The notes beneath the pieces are model-generated. The model was not told the origin of the DNA and made no database searches. It saw only the letters and a list, made by a program, of their open reading frames with translations. A DNA stretch of 64,000 bases from Capsulimonadaceae bacterium. GTDB lineage: Bacteria; Armatimonadota; Armatimonadia; Armatimonadales; Capsulimonadaceae. This document shows, in pieces, positions 28,390 through 37,710 of the stretch. Position 1 is the stretch's first letter. Every line of letters begins with the position of its first letter. The stretch lies in the NCBI GenBank assembly GCA_965215505.1, contig OZ244065.1, positions 4,352,001 through 4,416,000 on the forward strand, in the 5' to 3' direction. A program made the position numbers and the translations under genes.

Positions 28390-30355
28390 TGGACCTCCTC
28401 TCGAACCCGGCTTCCAGCGCCCGCAGCGCGGCCCTGAGCCGGGTGATCTCGGCCGGGGCGGGCGACGCGCCGAAGCGCGCCCGCCCGTAACCCGCCACGA
28501 ACGCCTCCCAGAGCGCAGAGAGGCCGCTCCCCTCCGACACCCCACTCCCCGGCGCTGCCTCAACCGCCCGCAGGTGTTCGCGCCAGGTCCGGCCTTCGGG
28601 GCAGGGCAGACCGTTCCGCGCCAGCAGCGACTCGAAGCGCACGGCCAGTGCGGCCAGGGCGGCGTCGGGCCGCGAGTAGTGGAAGCCCGCTGCCGCCTGC
28701 CGCCGGCGCTGCCAGTACCGGTATGCCTGCGGGACCAGAAGGCCCAGAATCAGCAGCCCGAAGACGGCCCCCCGCTCGGGCCAGCTCGCCGCCACCACCC
28801 ACCGGCGGATGAGGCCCAAGGCGTCCTGCATCCACTCCCAAGCCCGCCACCACACCGGGATCGGCCCGGCCTGCGCGTCCGGCCGGCCATCACCCGGCGT
28901 CGCGTCCACCGTCACCCAGCCCCGGCCCTTCACCCAACTCTCGGCCCAGGCGTGGGCGTCCCGCTGCCGGACCAGCGTCCAGCCCCTGCCGTCCGACTCA
29001 TAGGCGAAGTACCCGCTGGCGTACCGTGTCGGGACGCCCAGGGCGCGCAGCAGGACCACGGCGGCGGAGGCGAAATACTCGCAGTGGGCGCTCTTGCGCT
29101 CCAGGATGAAGTTCGAGATCGGGTCGCCCGCGCCGGGGTTGACCGTCAGACTGTAGCGGTTGTTGCGGCTCAGGAACAGCATCACCGCTCGGATCTTCTC
29201 CTGTGGGTCCGTCAGGCCGCCGCCGAACCGATGCGCCTCTTTGATGACGCGCGGGTCTATCTCGCGCGGCATCACCAGGTCGCGCGCCACCTCGTCAGGC
29301 GTCGGCGGCTTGTCGAGCAGGTCGGGGGGCGTGTCCCCTCGGCGCGGAACGATGTCATAGGCCAGTGCCGCCGCGTCCCCGTTGAGCGTTCGCAGCGGGC
29401 CGTCCGTGTGCGCCGCCCAGTCCACCGGGTGTTCGTCTTCGGTGCGGACGGACCCGGAATGCAGCGGCAGGAACAGCAGCGGGACCTCGTCGTCCAGCCG
29501 GACGACATGGACCGCCGCCCCCGCAGCCTTGCCCGGCGCGGGCCGGTACATCAGGAACGTCCGCCCCTCCAAAGCCGGCCCCCAGGTGCGGCCCGAATAG
29601 GTGTCGAATGTCATCCCGACGAGATACGGGTCCGTGCCCATGTCCCTGATACGCAGCACGCGGGTGAGCGAGTCACGCAGGGTGAACGACGAGCCGAGCA
29701 GCGGCTGCCCGCTCATGCCCATGCTGACCGAGACGTGCCGCCCGGAGAGGTTCTGCGGGCCGAGCGTGTTCAGCACGCTTTTGTAGTTGTAGAGGCCCGC
29801 GTGAGTCGCCCCGCCCAGGCCGAGGGCCAGCAGTGCGGGCAGCAAGGTCAGCCCGAGCGGGACTGCGGCGCGCGGGCGGAAGGCGGGCAGGGCCAGGGTG
29901 AAGAACAGGAAATAGGCCGGCGCAAGCACCCACAGGAAGTGGCGGTCATCGGTCGTGGTGCAGCCCAGGACGAACACCAAAGCAGACAGCAGCACGGTCA
30001 GCGGCGCGCGCGGCCCGCCCGTCGGCTCCCGCCGCCAGAATTGCAGGACCAATTCAGAAGCCGCCGCTAGGACGAACGAGAACGGGTAGCGCATGTCGAA
30101 GAAGGCGTTGTCGTCCTTCACCGCGTTCAGCAGATACCCGAACACGGCCAGCCCGATGACGACGATCCGCAGCGTCCACTTGGTCAGCGCGAAGTTTTCA
30201 AAGCGCGCCTTGAAGGCGTAAGACGCCGCCAATCCGAGGCCCAGCCCCGCCAGCGGCACGACCGCGCCGCTGCTCAGGGCCAGCGCGGTAAATGCCAGCA
30301 GGGCGGCCACGGCGGCCGGCCACGGCGGGTTCTGGTACTCGGCCTTTTCCCCCAT
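28370..30355 (-). CDS. Membrane transglutaminase-like protein (TgpA/DUF3488 type)
   Basis: N-terminal TM bundle; HCEYFA, AHAWAE, DATP triad. Confidence 0.9.
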   Translation of the reverse strand: MGEKAEYQNPPWPAAVAALLAFTALALSSGAVVPLAGLGLGLAASYAFKARFENFALTKWTLRIVVIGLAVFGYLLNAVKDDNAFFDMRYPFSFVLAAASELVLQFWRREPTGGPRAPLTVLLSALVFVLGCTTTDDRHFLWVLAPAYFLFFTLALPAFRPRAAVPLGLTLLPALLALGLGGATHAGLYNYKSVLNTLGPQNLSGRHVSVSMGMSGQPLLGSSFTLRDSLTRVLRIRDMGTDPYLVGMTFDTYSGRTWGPALEGRTFLMYRPAPGKAAGAAVHVVRLDDEVPLLFLPLHSGSVRTEDEHPVDWAAHTDGPLRTLNGDAAALAYDIVPRRGDTPPDLLDKPPTPDEVARDLVMPREIDPRVIKEAHRFGGGLTDPQEKIRAVMLFLSRNNRYSLTVNPGAGDPISNFILERKSAHCEYFASAAVVLLRALGVPTRYASGYFAYESDGRGWTLVRQRDAHAWAESWVKGRGWVTVDATPGDGRPDAQAGPIPVWWRAWEWMQDALGLIRRWVVAASWPERGAVFGLLILGLLVPQAYRYWQRRRQAAAGFHYSRPDAALAALAVRFESLLARNGLPCPEGRTWREHLRAVEAAPGSGVSEGSGLSALWEAFVAGYGRARFGASPAPAEITRLRAALRALEAGFERRSNDAKLL

Positions 30356-30356
30356 G

Positions 30357-31709
30357 CTAGATCGTCTCCACCCCGCCATCCACCTGTGCCGACGTTAGGA
30401 CCGTCACGTCCCGGCCCTCCGGCGGCGGCAACGTGCAGGGCCGGTCGCGGACGATGACCACCTTGACGCCCGCCCCCTGCTCCCGCAGCCGCTCGACGAA
30501 GCCCTCCCGGACCGCGTCCCAGTCCAGCAGGACGCAGACGACTAGCGTGATCTGCGACAGGAACTCCAGTAGCGCCTGCTCCAGAGTCTCAAAGTCCTCG
30601 GCATCGCTCGCATCCACGCAGGCCAGCAGGTCCAGGATGTCGTCCAGAAATGCCGTTCCATGTCCCGTCGTGAGTCGGTGCAAATCCGGCCCCGCCGCGA
30701 ACAGGTCCACCAGATACTCCGACCGGGCCATGTAGTCGGAGACGGCCGCCGCCGTCGAGACGGCCCGCTCGAAGGCGGGCGGCGGGGGCAGGCCCGGCGC
30801 GGGCGGGGGCGCATGGGTGTCCAGGATCACCGCCGCCCGCAGCATGTATTCCTCCCGATACTCGCGCACCACGGGACGGCTCAGCCGCGCCGTCGCCCGC
30901 CAGTCAATGCTGCGGATCGGGTCGCCCTCGCGGTAGTCGCGGTTGCCGATGAACTCCAGCGAGTCGCCCAGGTGCGAGGCCAGTGCCACCTCGCCCGGCT
31001 GGTAGCGGCGGCTGGCCGGCACCTCCAGCCGCGCCAGCGGCGCGAACTGCGGGTAGACCAGCAGCGACTCGGTTCCGGGGAAGACCTGCTGTGCCATCAT
31101 CAGGCCCAGCGGATAGGCCGTCTCTACCCGGAAGCCGCGCAGCCGGTACGCCCCGCGCCGGCGGCACAGCAGCCCCAACTTGACGTGCGCCGTCTCGCCC
31201 GATGCCAGCACCGCCAGCCCGATGCCCTCCGGCGGCACCGAGTCCACGGCGGGCGGCAGCCGGTCCGGCAGGACGGTCCAGCCGATGCCGCGCCGGCCCA
31301 AGGCTTCCACGGTGATCTCGACGGCCAGCGTCTCGCCCGCCCCGATGCGCCCGGCGTGCGTCGCCCGCAGCCTTGCGTGGGGCCGCTGCCGGTACATGCC
31401 GACAAAGGCCGCCGCCCACAGCCCGAAGGCATAGGCGGAGGCCACATACCACTGCTGATCCAGCGACAGCGACGCGAAGGCCAGCGAAACGAACGTCGCC
31501 GCCAGGAAGTAGTGTCCCACGCGCGTCAGCCGCTGCGTGTAGACGCGCCACACCCAGGGGAACAAAATCCCCTGAAAGATGGGATGATAGCGGATGTCCT
31601 TGGTCGGCGTGAACCCGCTCATTGGCGGGAAGTGCGTGTTCAGCGTGAGGGGCGTATGCTTGCGGCTGGAAAAGGAGCGGAACGAGTTTTCGGGCGGGGG
31701 CGTTGCCAT
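30357..31709 (-). CDS. DUF58 domain protein
   Basis: NRDYREGDPIRSIDWRATAR and VILD. Confidence 0.92.
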   Translation of the reverse strand: MATPPPENSFRSFSSRKHTPLTLNTHFPPMSGFTPTKDIRYHPIFQGILFPWVWRVYTQRLTRVGHYFLAATFVSLAFASLSLDQQWYVASAYAFGLWAAAFVGMYRQRPHARLRATHAGRIGAGETLAVEITVEALGRRGIGWTVLPDRLPPAVDSVPPEGIGLAVLASGETAHVKLGLLCRRRGAYRLRGFRVETAYPLGLMMAQQVFPGTESLLVYPQFAPLARLEVPASRRYQPGEVALASHLGDSLEFIGNRDYREGDPIRSIDWRATARLSRPVVREYREEYMLRAAVILDTHAPPPAPGLPPPPAFERAVSTAAAVSDYMARSEYLVDLFAAGPDLHRLTTGHGTAFLDDILDLLACVDASDAEDFETLEQALLEFLSQITLVVCVLLDWDAVREGFVERLREQGAGVKVVIVRDRPCTLPPPEGRDVTVLTSAQVDGGVETI

Positions 31710-31718
31710 GCGTGTCTC

Positions 31719-32891
31719 TTACGGGAGTGTACCCGAAGCCGGTCCCTTCTTCGGTCCACCCATCCGCCTGAGTCCCGCCCGGTCGGGGAGAAGCAGAACC
31801 AGCCTATTCCTGCCCCAAACAAGGATGCGCCCCGCGTTGTCAATGTTGACGGCTTCGGTAAGCACCTCGCCCGCGCGCTGGACCACAAGGCCGTTCAGGT
31901 CATACATCCGCCCCGCTCGGTAGAGGTAGGCGTGACTGTCATAGTTGGAGCGCTGTATCATTGGCGACAGGTTTAGTTTAACGGCGGGCATGCCTCCCAC
32001 TACGTCGCCCAAGTCGTTGAGGTCGGAGCCATAGGCGTCCCGTCCCTGCCAGAGCAACGGGATCGCCCTGCCGCCGGATAACAGCGTCGAGCCGCGCAAC
32101 ACCTGACCCCTGCGGTTCGTGATCTCAAAAATCCGCCGCCCATCCTGCGGCGTGGAGGGCCGCGCGCCCCCTCTCTCCCAGAATACCTGCGTCGGCCCGG
32201 CCTGGTTGTAGTTCGCCCCAACGACGTGGCCCCAGACCTGGCCCTGATCATTGATGTTAGTGGCGACCCAACCCGTGCCCCGCCTACCCGCCGGTAGGCC
32301 CGACACCGGCCCCAGGTCAAGGAAGCCGCCGCCGTGTTTCCAGAGGCAGGCGTGGTCAGCCTGGCCGCGCGGGGATGAGGCGCTGTAGCCCCCCACTACG
32401 TCCCCCCGCGCGCTGACCGCCATTGCAATGCTGTCGCCGGGGTGAGGTGTCGGCAGGAGGCGCGGCTTGCCGCCGGCCCATTCGCAGGCAGCCTTTTTGC
32501 CGCCCCCCGCAGACCCATCGTTGCGGACTTGTCCTACGACCAGGCCGCTCTCGTTCTGGGCGAGGGCGATGCCATGGAGGAAGCCCGGCGGCGGGGACAG
32601 CCAAGTCACCTTGCCGTCCCGCCAGAGGAGCGCGCGGTCCATGAGGCGGGCCGTTTTTTGGTCCATGTACTCCAGGCAACCCGCGACCTGCCCCCGCCTG
32701 TTCATCGAGGCGGTGACATTCTCATCATGGTGCCGGCCTAAAAATGTGGTGAATTCGACCACCCTATAGTGGGGCGGCGGTGATTGTGACTGTCCCCTGC
32801 CGGCGCAGAGCAGAAGGGGGAACATAGCCGCCGCGACAGCGTTGCGCCGCGCGCCCGCCATTCGGATACTTCTGAACATCTGTCCGTTCAT
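31719..32891 (-). CDS. Secreted protein with HAF-like extracellular repeats
   Basis: Repeated (I/L)N.RG.V(V/A)G and ...ACLW units; signal-like segment; start uncertain. Confidence 0.7.
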   Translation of the reverse strand: MNGQMFRSIRMAGARRNAVAAAMFPLLLCAGRGQSQSPPPHYRVVEFTTFLGRHHDENVTASMNRRGQVAGCLEYMDQKTARLMDRALLWRDGKVTWLSPPPGFLHGIALAQNESGLVVGQVRNDGSAGGGKKAACEWAGGKPRLLPTPHPGDSIAMAVSARGDVVGGYSASSPRGQADHACLWKHGGGFLDLGPVSGLPAGRRGTGWVATNINDQGQVWGHVVGANYNQAGPTQVFWERGGARPSTPQDGRRIFEITNRRGQVLRGSTLLSGGRAIPLLWQGRDAYGSDLNDLGDVVGGMPAVKLNLSPMIQRSNYDSHAYLYRAGRMYDLNGLVVQRAGEVLTEAVNIDNAGRILVWGRNRLVLLLPDRAGLRRMGGPKKGPASGTLP

Positions 32892-32942
32892 GCTGCCTGC
32901 CTTTCCTCTAGTACAATAAGAGAAACGGAATGGGAGAAAGAA

Positions 32943-33404
32943 ATGGTTCGCGTTTTGTTCGTCTGTCTGGGAAACATCTGCCGCTCGCCCATGGCCGAAG
33001 GGGTCTTCATGCACAAGGTCCGCGCGGCGGGGCTGGAGGACGAGATCGAGGCCGACTCGGCGGGGACGGGCCACTGGCACGTCGGCAGCCCGCCCCATCA
33101 CGGCACCCGCGCGGTGCTGGCCCGGAACGGCATCGAGTACGCGCACCAGGCGCGGCGGATCGCGGAGGCCGACCTGGACACGTTCGACTACGTCCTGACG
33201 ATGGACGACCAGAATCTGCGCGACGTGCAGGAGATCGGCGCGGGCCGCGCCGTCGTCCGCCCCTTCCTGGCATACGCGCCGGGCAGCGGCGTCCGCGAGG
33301 TGCCCGACCCCTACCTCGTCGGCGGCTTCGAGGGCGTGTACGACCTGGTGAACCAGGCCTCGGAGGGGCTGCTGAAGGCGATCCGCGAGGAACACGGGCT
33401 GTGA
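32943..33404 (+). CDS. Low molecular weight protein-tyrosine phosphatase
   Basis: CLGNICRS, DSAGT, VPDPY. Confidence 0.95.
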   Translation: MVRVLFVCLGNICRSPMAEGVFMHKVRAAGLEDEIEADSAGTGHWHVGSPPHHGTRAVLARNGIEYAHQARRIAEADLDTFDYVLTMDDQNLRDVQEIGAGRAVVRPFLAYAPGSGVREVPDPYLVGGFEGVYDLVNQASEGLLKAIREEHGL

Positions 33405-33428
33405 AGCGCGGTCAACTGTGAAGCGTGT

Positions 33429-34304
33429 CTAGGGCGTCGTCCACTCGGCCCGCGAGATGGGCCGGTAGGTGTCGTCCGAAACCGCCTCGCGGCGGACGCA
33501 CTTGTCGCCTTCATAGAAGTCCCGGTAGACGGCAACCCGCACCCCGTCCCGCCCCAGCAGGTGCCAGCGCGAACGGCGCGCGCCCGCGCCGGGAGGGACC
33601 GGGGCGGAGGTGGCGGCGAACCGGTCCAAAGTCTCGCTGCGGACGATGACGCGCGCCCCGCCCGCGTCCGGGGCGCGCGCTGCCTCAATGCGGCAGACCA
33701 GCCGGTGCCCTTCGGGCCGGACACGCAGGGTGAGCGGCTGAGGGTAGGGGTTGCGGAAGCGCAGGTCCACGCCCGCATAGGCGACTGCCGCATCACGGCC
33801 CGGCGGCGCGTAGCCGGGCGCGAAGGTGTGGGCGTGGCGCTCCAGGATGGGCAGGCCCGCCCGCAGCGCGGCGTTGTAGACCGTCGTTGAGGTCTCACAG
33901 ACCCCGCCGCCGTAGTCGTCCACCAGGACGCCGTCGTAAGAGACTGGCGCTCTCAGGAACCCCTGGTCCGCGCTCCACCCGCGCACCGCCCGGTTGAACG
34001 AGAAGACCCTGCCGGGGGCCACCGTCACGCCGTCCAGCGCCGCCGCCGCCCGCCGCGCGTTGAACCGTTGATGTGGCGTCCGCTGGGATAGGTCCGTCGC
34101 ATACGCCGCCAGCGTCCGCGTCCCGTCCGTGGCCGGGTGCAGGCGCAGGAGGCCGGCGGCCAGCAGCAGGGCCGCGCCCAGCGCGGCCAGGCCGCCGAGG
34201 GGGCGGAGGCGGGAAAGGCTTGTGGCTGTGAAGAGGGAGGGTGGCGCTGGCAAAAGAAACCCGTTCCGGCGGTATCGGCCTATGTCGTCCGCGCCTGTTT
34301 CCAT
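33429..34304 (-). CDS. VanW family protein with a G5-like C-terminus
   Basis: FSFNRAV, GGGVCETSTTVYNA, PPGRDAAV, DLRFRN; start uncertain. Confidence 0.85.
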   Translation of the reverse strand: METGADDIGRYRRNGFLLPAPPSLFTATSLSRLRPLGGLAALGAALLLAAGLLRLHPATDGTRTLAAYATDLSQRTPHQRFNARRAAAALDGVTVAPGRVFSFNRAVRGWSADQGFLRAPVSYDGVLVDDYGGGVCETSTTVYNAALRAGLPILERHAHTFAPGYAPPGRDAAVAYAGVDLRFRNPYPQPLTLRVRPEGHRLVCRIEAARAPDAGGARVIVRSETLDRFAATSAPVPPGAGARRSRWHLLGRDGVRVAVYRDFYEGDKCVRREAVSDDTYRPISRAEWTTP

Positions 34305-34323
34305 AAACGGCTGACGAGAAAAT

Positions 34324-34458
34324 GACGAGTGATTGAAATCACTCGCTCCGGGTGGAAGCGTCCAAGGGACGCGGAAACAGGGTGATGCCACCCTGGCTCT
34401 TCCTCTCTTCTGTCCCCTGGACAGGTCGGGAAGTAGCGAGTGATTTCAATCACTCGTT
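34324..34458 (-). repeat. Nested-palindrome dispersed element, copy 2 (reverse orientation)
   Basis: Minus strand: AACGAGTGATTGAAATCACTCGCT-N7-GACCTGTCCAGGGGACAGAAGA-N33-GCGTCCCTTGGACGCTTC-N7-AGCGAGTGATTTCAATCACTCGTC. Confidence 0.92.
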
Positions 34459-34513
34459 CCAGCCCGCTCGGCCCAGCCAGTGCGTAACACTGGTCAAGAA
34501 GGTATGTGAGCAG

Positions 34514-34813
34514 CTACCAATGGTACTCGTCACCTTTACGAGTCCCTTGCTTGTAGCGGGCGGCGGCGGCCTTCGCTTTCTCCGAGGGTTCCTCATCCTC
34601 GTCAAGAAGGGCCAGAAAGAAGTCCCGATCTTCGTCCCCCAAAACTATGGTGCTGTGACGCATTAAGATGTCATCCGACGCCCGGCTGAGGGTGGAGGCC
34701 GCGAAATCGCTCACGCTCTGCCCGGAGATGGCGGCGGCACGTTCGATCCGTGTCTTACTCTCGCGGCTCATGCGGAGGCTCATCCATGTGTCCTGTTCTG
34801 TGGTCGTGTCCAT
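34514..34813 (-). CDS. DUF1778 / TacA-like RHH antitoxin (no partner toxin seen)
   Basis: SLRMSRESKTRIERAAAISGQSVSDF and FFLALLD. Confidence 0.85.
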   Translation of the reverse strand: MDTTTEQDTWMSLRMSRESKTRIERAAAISGQSVSDFAASTLSRASDDILMRHSTIVLGDEDRDFFLALLDEDEEPSEKAKAAAARYKQGTRKGDEYHW

Positions 34814-34866
34814 CGTTCACCTCCCTCCCGGATTGTACCACTCGCAGCGGCGGTTTGCCACATCGT

Positions 34867-35856
34867 CTATGGGCGCGTGACCCGGTAAATGACGAACCGG
34901 CCATTCTCCTTCTTGTGGTAGTACAGGGCATGGCCGTCGGCATCCAGCGTCGGCCCTTCCGCGAAGCCGGTGATCGACGCCACTTGCTGCGGAGGCCCGA
35001 ATGGCGCGCTCAGGCTCTTGCGCGCGGCCCGGTAGATCGTCGGCGGGACGCCCGCGGTGAGACTCGGAACGCGCGTGAAGAACAGTTCCAGGCCGTCCGC
35101 AGAAACCGAGGGCGCATAGACCAGGCCGTTCGTGTTGACGTTCCGCAGGAGCGCCGCGCTGCTCGGATCGCGCCGGAACCCGCCGCCCGTGCGCGTCGCG
35201 ATCACGATCCGGGCCGCCGAGGGGCGCGGGACCCTCGAAAAGTCTCCGTCCACGATGTAGAGCGTGTTGCCGTCGGCGCTGACCTCGGCGTCGAAGTTGA
35301 CGATGCCGGGCCGGCGCAGCGAGACGCCCGGCACGAGCGCCACCGAGGAAACCTTGCCGTCCTGGGACCGGCCCCGATAAATGGTCGAGAAAGTGGCGGC
35401 GTAGGAGCGCGTGGAGACGAAGTACAAATTGCCGTCCCGGTCCATGCTCGGGACGCCTTCCAGCGCGGGCGTGTTGACCCCGGCGATCTCCCCCCAGTAG
35501 GCGAACGTCAAGCCGTCCACGCGGGCGGCATAGTGGAGGTTGGTGTTCACGGCGGGGTCGTTCGAGTTGTTGAACAGGAGCCATTTCCCGTCTCTGGTCA
35601 CGAACGGCTCCATCGCGTCCCCGGCGTAGCCCCGGATCGTCACGCGCTGCGGGTCGTGGAATCCGGTGTAGGGCAGGCCGTCCGGTGCGTCGGGTGACGG
35701 TGGGATCAGTGCCATGCGAGTGAACGGGTGGAAGCCCGGTACGATCCGGCCCGTTCCCACGGCGGCCAGCGACGCGCCGAGAAGTAGGAGTGCCAGGGCC
35801 GGCAGGAGCGCCTTCCGGCGCGGTCCGAAAAAACGAGCGTTGGCCTGATCCGACAT
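34867..35856 (-). CDS. Secreted PD40/TolB-like beta-propeller protein
   Basis: Repeated P.(V/M/L)(T/S/D).DG..L.F units after a hydrophobic leader. Confidence 0.75.
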   Translation of the reverse strand: MSDQANARFFGPRRKALLPALALLLLGASLAAVGTGRIVPGFHPFTRMALIPPSPDAPDGLPYTGFHDPQRVTIRGYAGDAMEPFVTRDGKWLLFNNSNDPAVNTNLHYAARVDGLTFAYWGEIAGVNTPALEGVPSMDRDGNLYFVSTRSYAATFSTIYRGRSQDGKVSSVALVPGVSLRRPGIVNFDAEVSADGNTLYIVDGDFSRVPRPSAARIVIATRTGGGFRRDPSSAALLRNVNTNGLVYAPSVSADGLELFFTRVPSLTAGVPPTIYRAARKSLSAPFGPPQQVASITGFAEGPTLDADGHALYYHKKENGRFVIYRVTRP

Positions 35857-35934
35857 CGGCTGTTCCCCTCCATCCCCGGCGCATTCAGCGATACTACGAG
35901 AGGAGGGCTGAGAAGTTTCAAGGCCGGGATGACA

Positions 35935-37590
35935 CTAGGCGGCAGCGCCCCGCCCGACCACATAGTGGAACCAGTCTACGTCTACATACCCGCGCTCGCC
36001 CAGGTCGTTGAATGAGTAGATGCCGATGCGGTCACCCCGGTAGTTGCCCCACTTTAACTGGTACGGATCGCCAAGATTTAGGAACGTCTTGCCGTCCAGG
36101 CTGTAGGAAAATCGGCTCTGCCCGTCATAGCCCCACGCCGAGCGCAGCCACAGGGCGTTCTGCGTGATGCGGGGTCCGGGGACAGCGTGGCCGCCGTCGT
36201 TCACCGTCAGCGTCCGTACCCCGCCGGTCTGGACCACGCCGAAGAGGCACCAGGCGGCGGAGTAATGAGCGATCCCGGCCTGCTGGCCGTCCGCCATGCC
36301 CGCGAGGTCCAATCTGACCGTCACCTCGTTCCGGCTGGTCCGCATCGCCCGCTGGGTGAGCGTGTTGCCCGCCTTCTTGAAGTCACCGGGCGCGAGCGGC
36401 GGGAAGGCGTGGAGGCGCAGGAATCCGGGCCGCTCCGCCAGCGACCACTTCTCACTTCTAGGCTGGTAGTTCCACTCCCACTGCGGCCTGAGCGTCTTGG
36501 CGCTGAACTCGTCGCTTGCCTGGATGCCCGTAAGCGGGGAGCCTTGAATGGGCTTCTTGGCCCGCCAGACCATGCCGCCGATGCCGTCCGCCCCGACCTT
36601 GCCGAGGAGCGGCCAGCCGTCCGCCCAGGTGACCGGCAAGAGGCACATCGCCCGGCCCTCCCAATCGCCGCGCCCCTGGTGCGTGACGAACTGCCACCGG
36701 CCCTCCGGCAGCTCGATCAGGCCGCCCTGGTTCGGCTCCTTATCCACCGCCCCGTTGACGTGGTTGAGCTGATGCGTCTCCCACGGCCCGTCCAGACTTT
36801 TGGCGCGTCCCATCATCACGGCCCGGCCCTCGCCGTGGACCTCGCTGAAGAAGTGGTAGTACAGGCCATCAATCTTGTAAAGCTTGTTCGCCTCGCTGCC
36901 GCGCGACTGGTGGATGACCCGGTCCGAGTCCATCAGCAGCGATCTCCCGTCGGCGCTCATCTTAAACAGGTGGATTTTGTAGCCGTCGGCGTAGTGGGAG
37001 GTGACGAGGTAGCCCTGTCCGTCGTCATCCCAGAAGGGACAGGGATCGTCCCACCCTCTGGTGCGCCACAGGCAGTGGACGGGCGTCCACGGCCCGGCGG
37101 GGCTGGGGGCGGTCGTCATGAAAAAACCCTCGTCGGGCGTGTTGAAGTAGACCCAGAACTTGCCGGCATGGTAGCGGAGGGAGCCGGCCCAGACGCCTTT
37201 CCTATAGCGGTCCATCCTGTCCCAGTTGAGGTCGGGGCCGATGAGAGTCAGATCGCCCACGGCGTGGCCAATGATCGTCCAGTTGACGAGGTCGTTTGAG
37301 TGCAGCACGACCACGCCGGGCGAATACTGGAACGTGGAGGAGATGGCGTAGTAGTCCGCCCCGACCCGGATGGCGTCCAGGTCGCTGAAGTCGGCAGGCA
37401 GGACGGGGTTGGCATAGGTGCCGTCGCCCCGGTCGCCCCATTCCCCGTGCGTGGGAACGTCGGCGTTGGGGAGCGGGACATAGGCGCTTGCGGCGGGTGT
37501 CGTTGTCATGGTTTGGGCCGAAGCCGGGAGGAACAACCCCCCGGCCAGGCAGGCGGCAAGGGCCGCGAGTGCGATCCGAATACTGGTCAT
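35935..37590 (-). CDS. Glycoside hydrolase family 43 (beta-xylosidase-like)
   Basis: NPVLPADFSDLD, WAGSL, DDPCPFWDDDG, SEANK, C-terminal ConA-like domain. Confidence 0.92.
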   Translation of the reverse strand: MTSIRIALAALAACLAGGLFLPASAQTMTTTPAASAYVPLPNADVPTHGEWGDRGDGTYANPVLPADFSDLDAIRVGADYYAISSTFQYSPGVVVLHSNDLVNWTIIGHAVGDLTLIGPDLNWDRMDRYRKGVWAGSLRYHAGKFWVYFNTPDEGFFMTTAPSPAGPWTPVHCLWRTRGWDDPCPFWDDDGQGYLVTSHYADGYKIHLFKMSADGRSLLMDSDRVIHQSRGSEANKLYKIDGLYYHFFSEVHGEGRAVMMGRAKSLDGPWETHQLNHVNGAVDKEPNQGGLIELPEGRWQFVTHQGRGDWEGRAMCLLPVTWADGWPLLGKVGADGIGGMVWRAKKPIQGSPLTGIQASDEFSAKTLRPQWEWNYQPRSEKWSLAERPGFLRLHAFPPLAPGDFKKAGNTLTQRAMRTSRNEVTVRLDLAGMADGQQAGIAHYSAAWCLFGVVQTGGVRTLTVNDGGHAVPGPRITQNALWLRSAWGYDGQSRFSYSLDGKTFLNLGDPYQLKWGNYRGDRIGIYSFNDLGERGYVDVDWFHYVVGRGAAA

Positions 37591-37610
37591 GTCGCGGCTT
37601 CCCTGCGATT

Positions 37611-37700
37611 GACCCCGCCCTGAACGGCGGGGCTGTAGGGGCGCTGCTTGCTGCGCCCTCCTTCTCTTGTTTCCTAATCCTTGCCCGCGAGGGCCGGGGC
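37611..37700. repeat. Intergenic palindromes: CCCCGCC-CTGAAC-GGCGGGG hairpin, a GTAG REP (37635-37659) and a degenerate second hairpin
   Basis: GTAG-GGGCGC-TGCTTGCT-GCGCCC-T; flanking hairpins both end in GGGGCT. Confidence 0.55.
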
Positions 37701-37710
37701 TTGCACCTGC

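Noticed and set aside
34459-34513. Remnant of a GNAT toxin after the DUF1778 gene
   Set aside because: No frame gives recognisable GNAT toxin sequence
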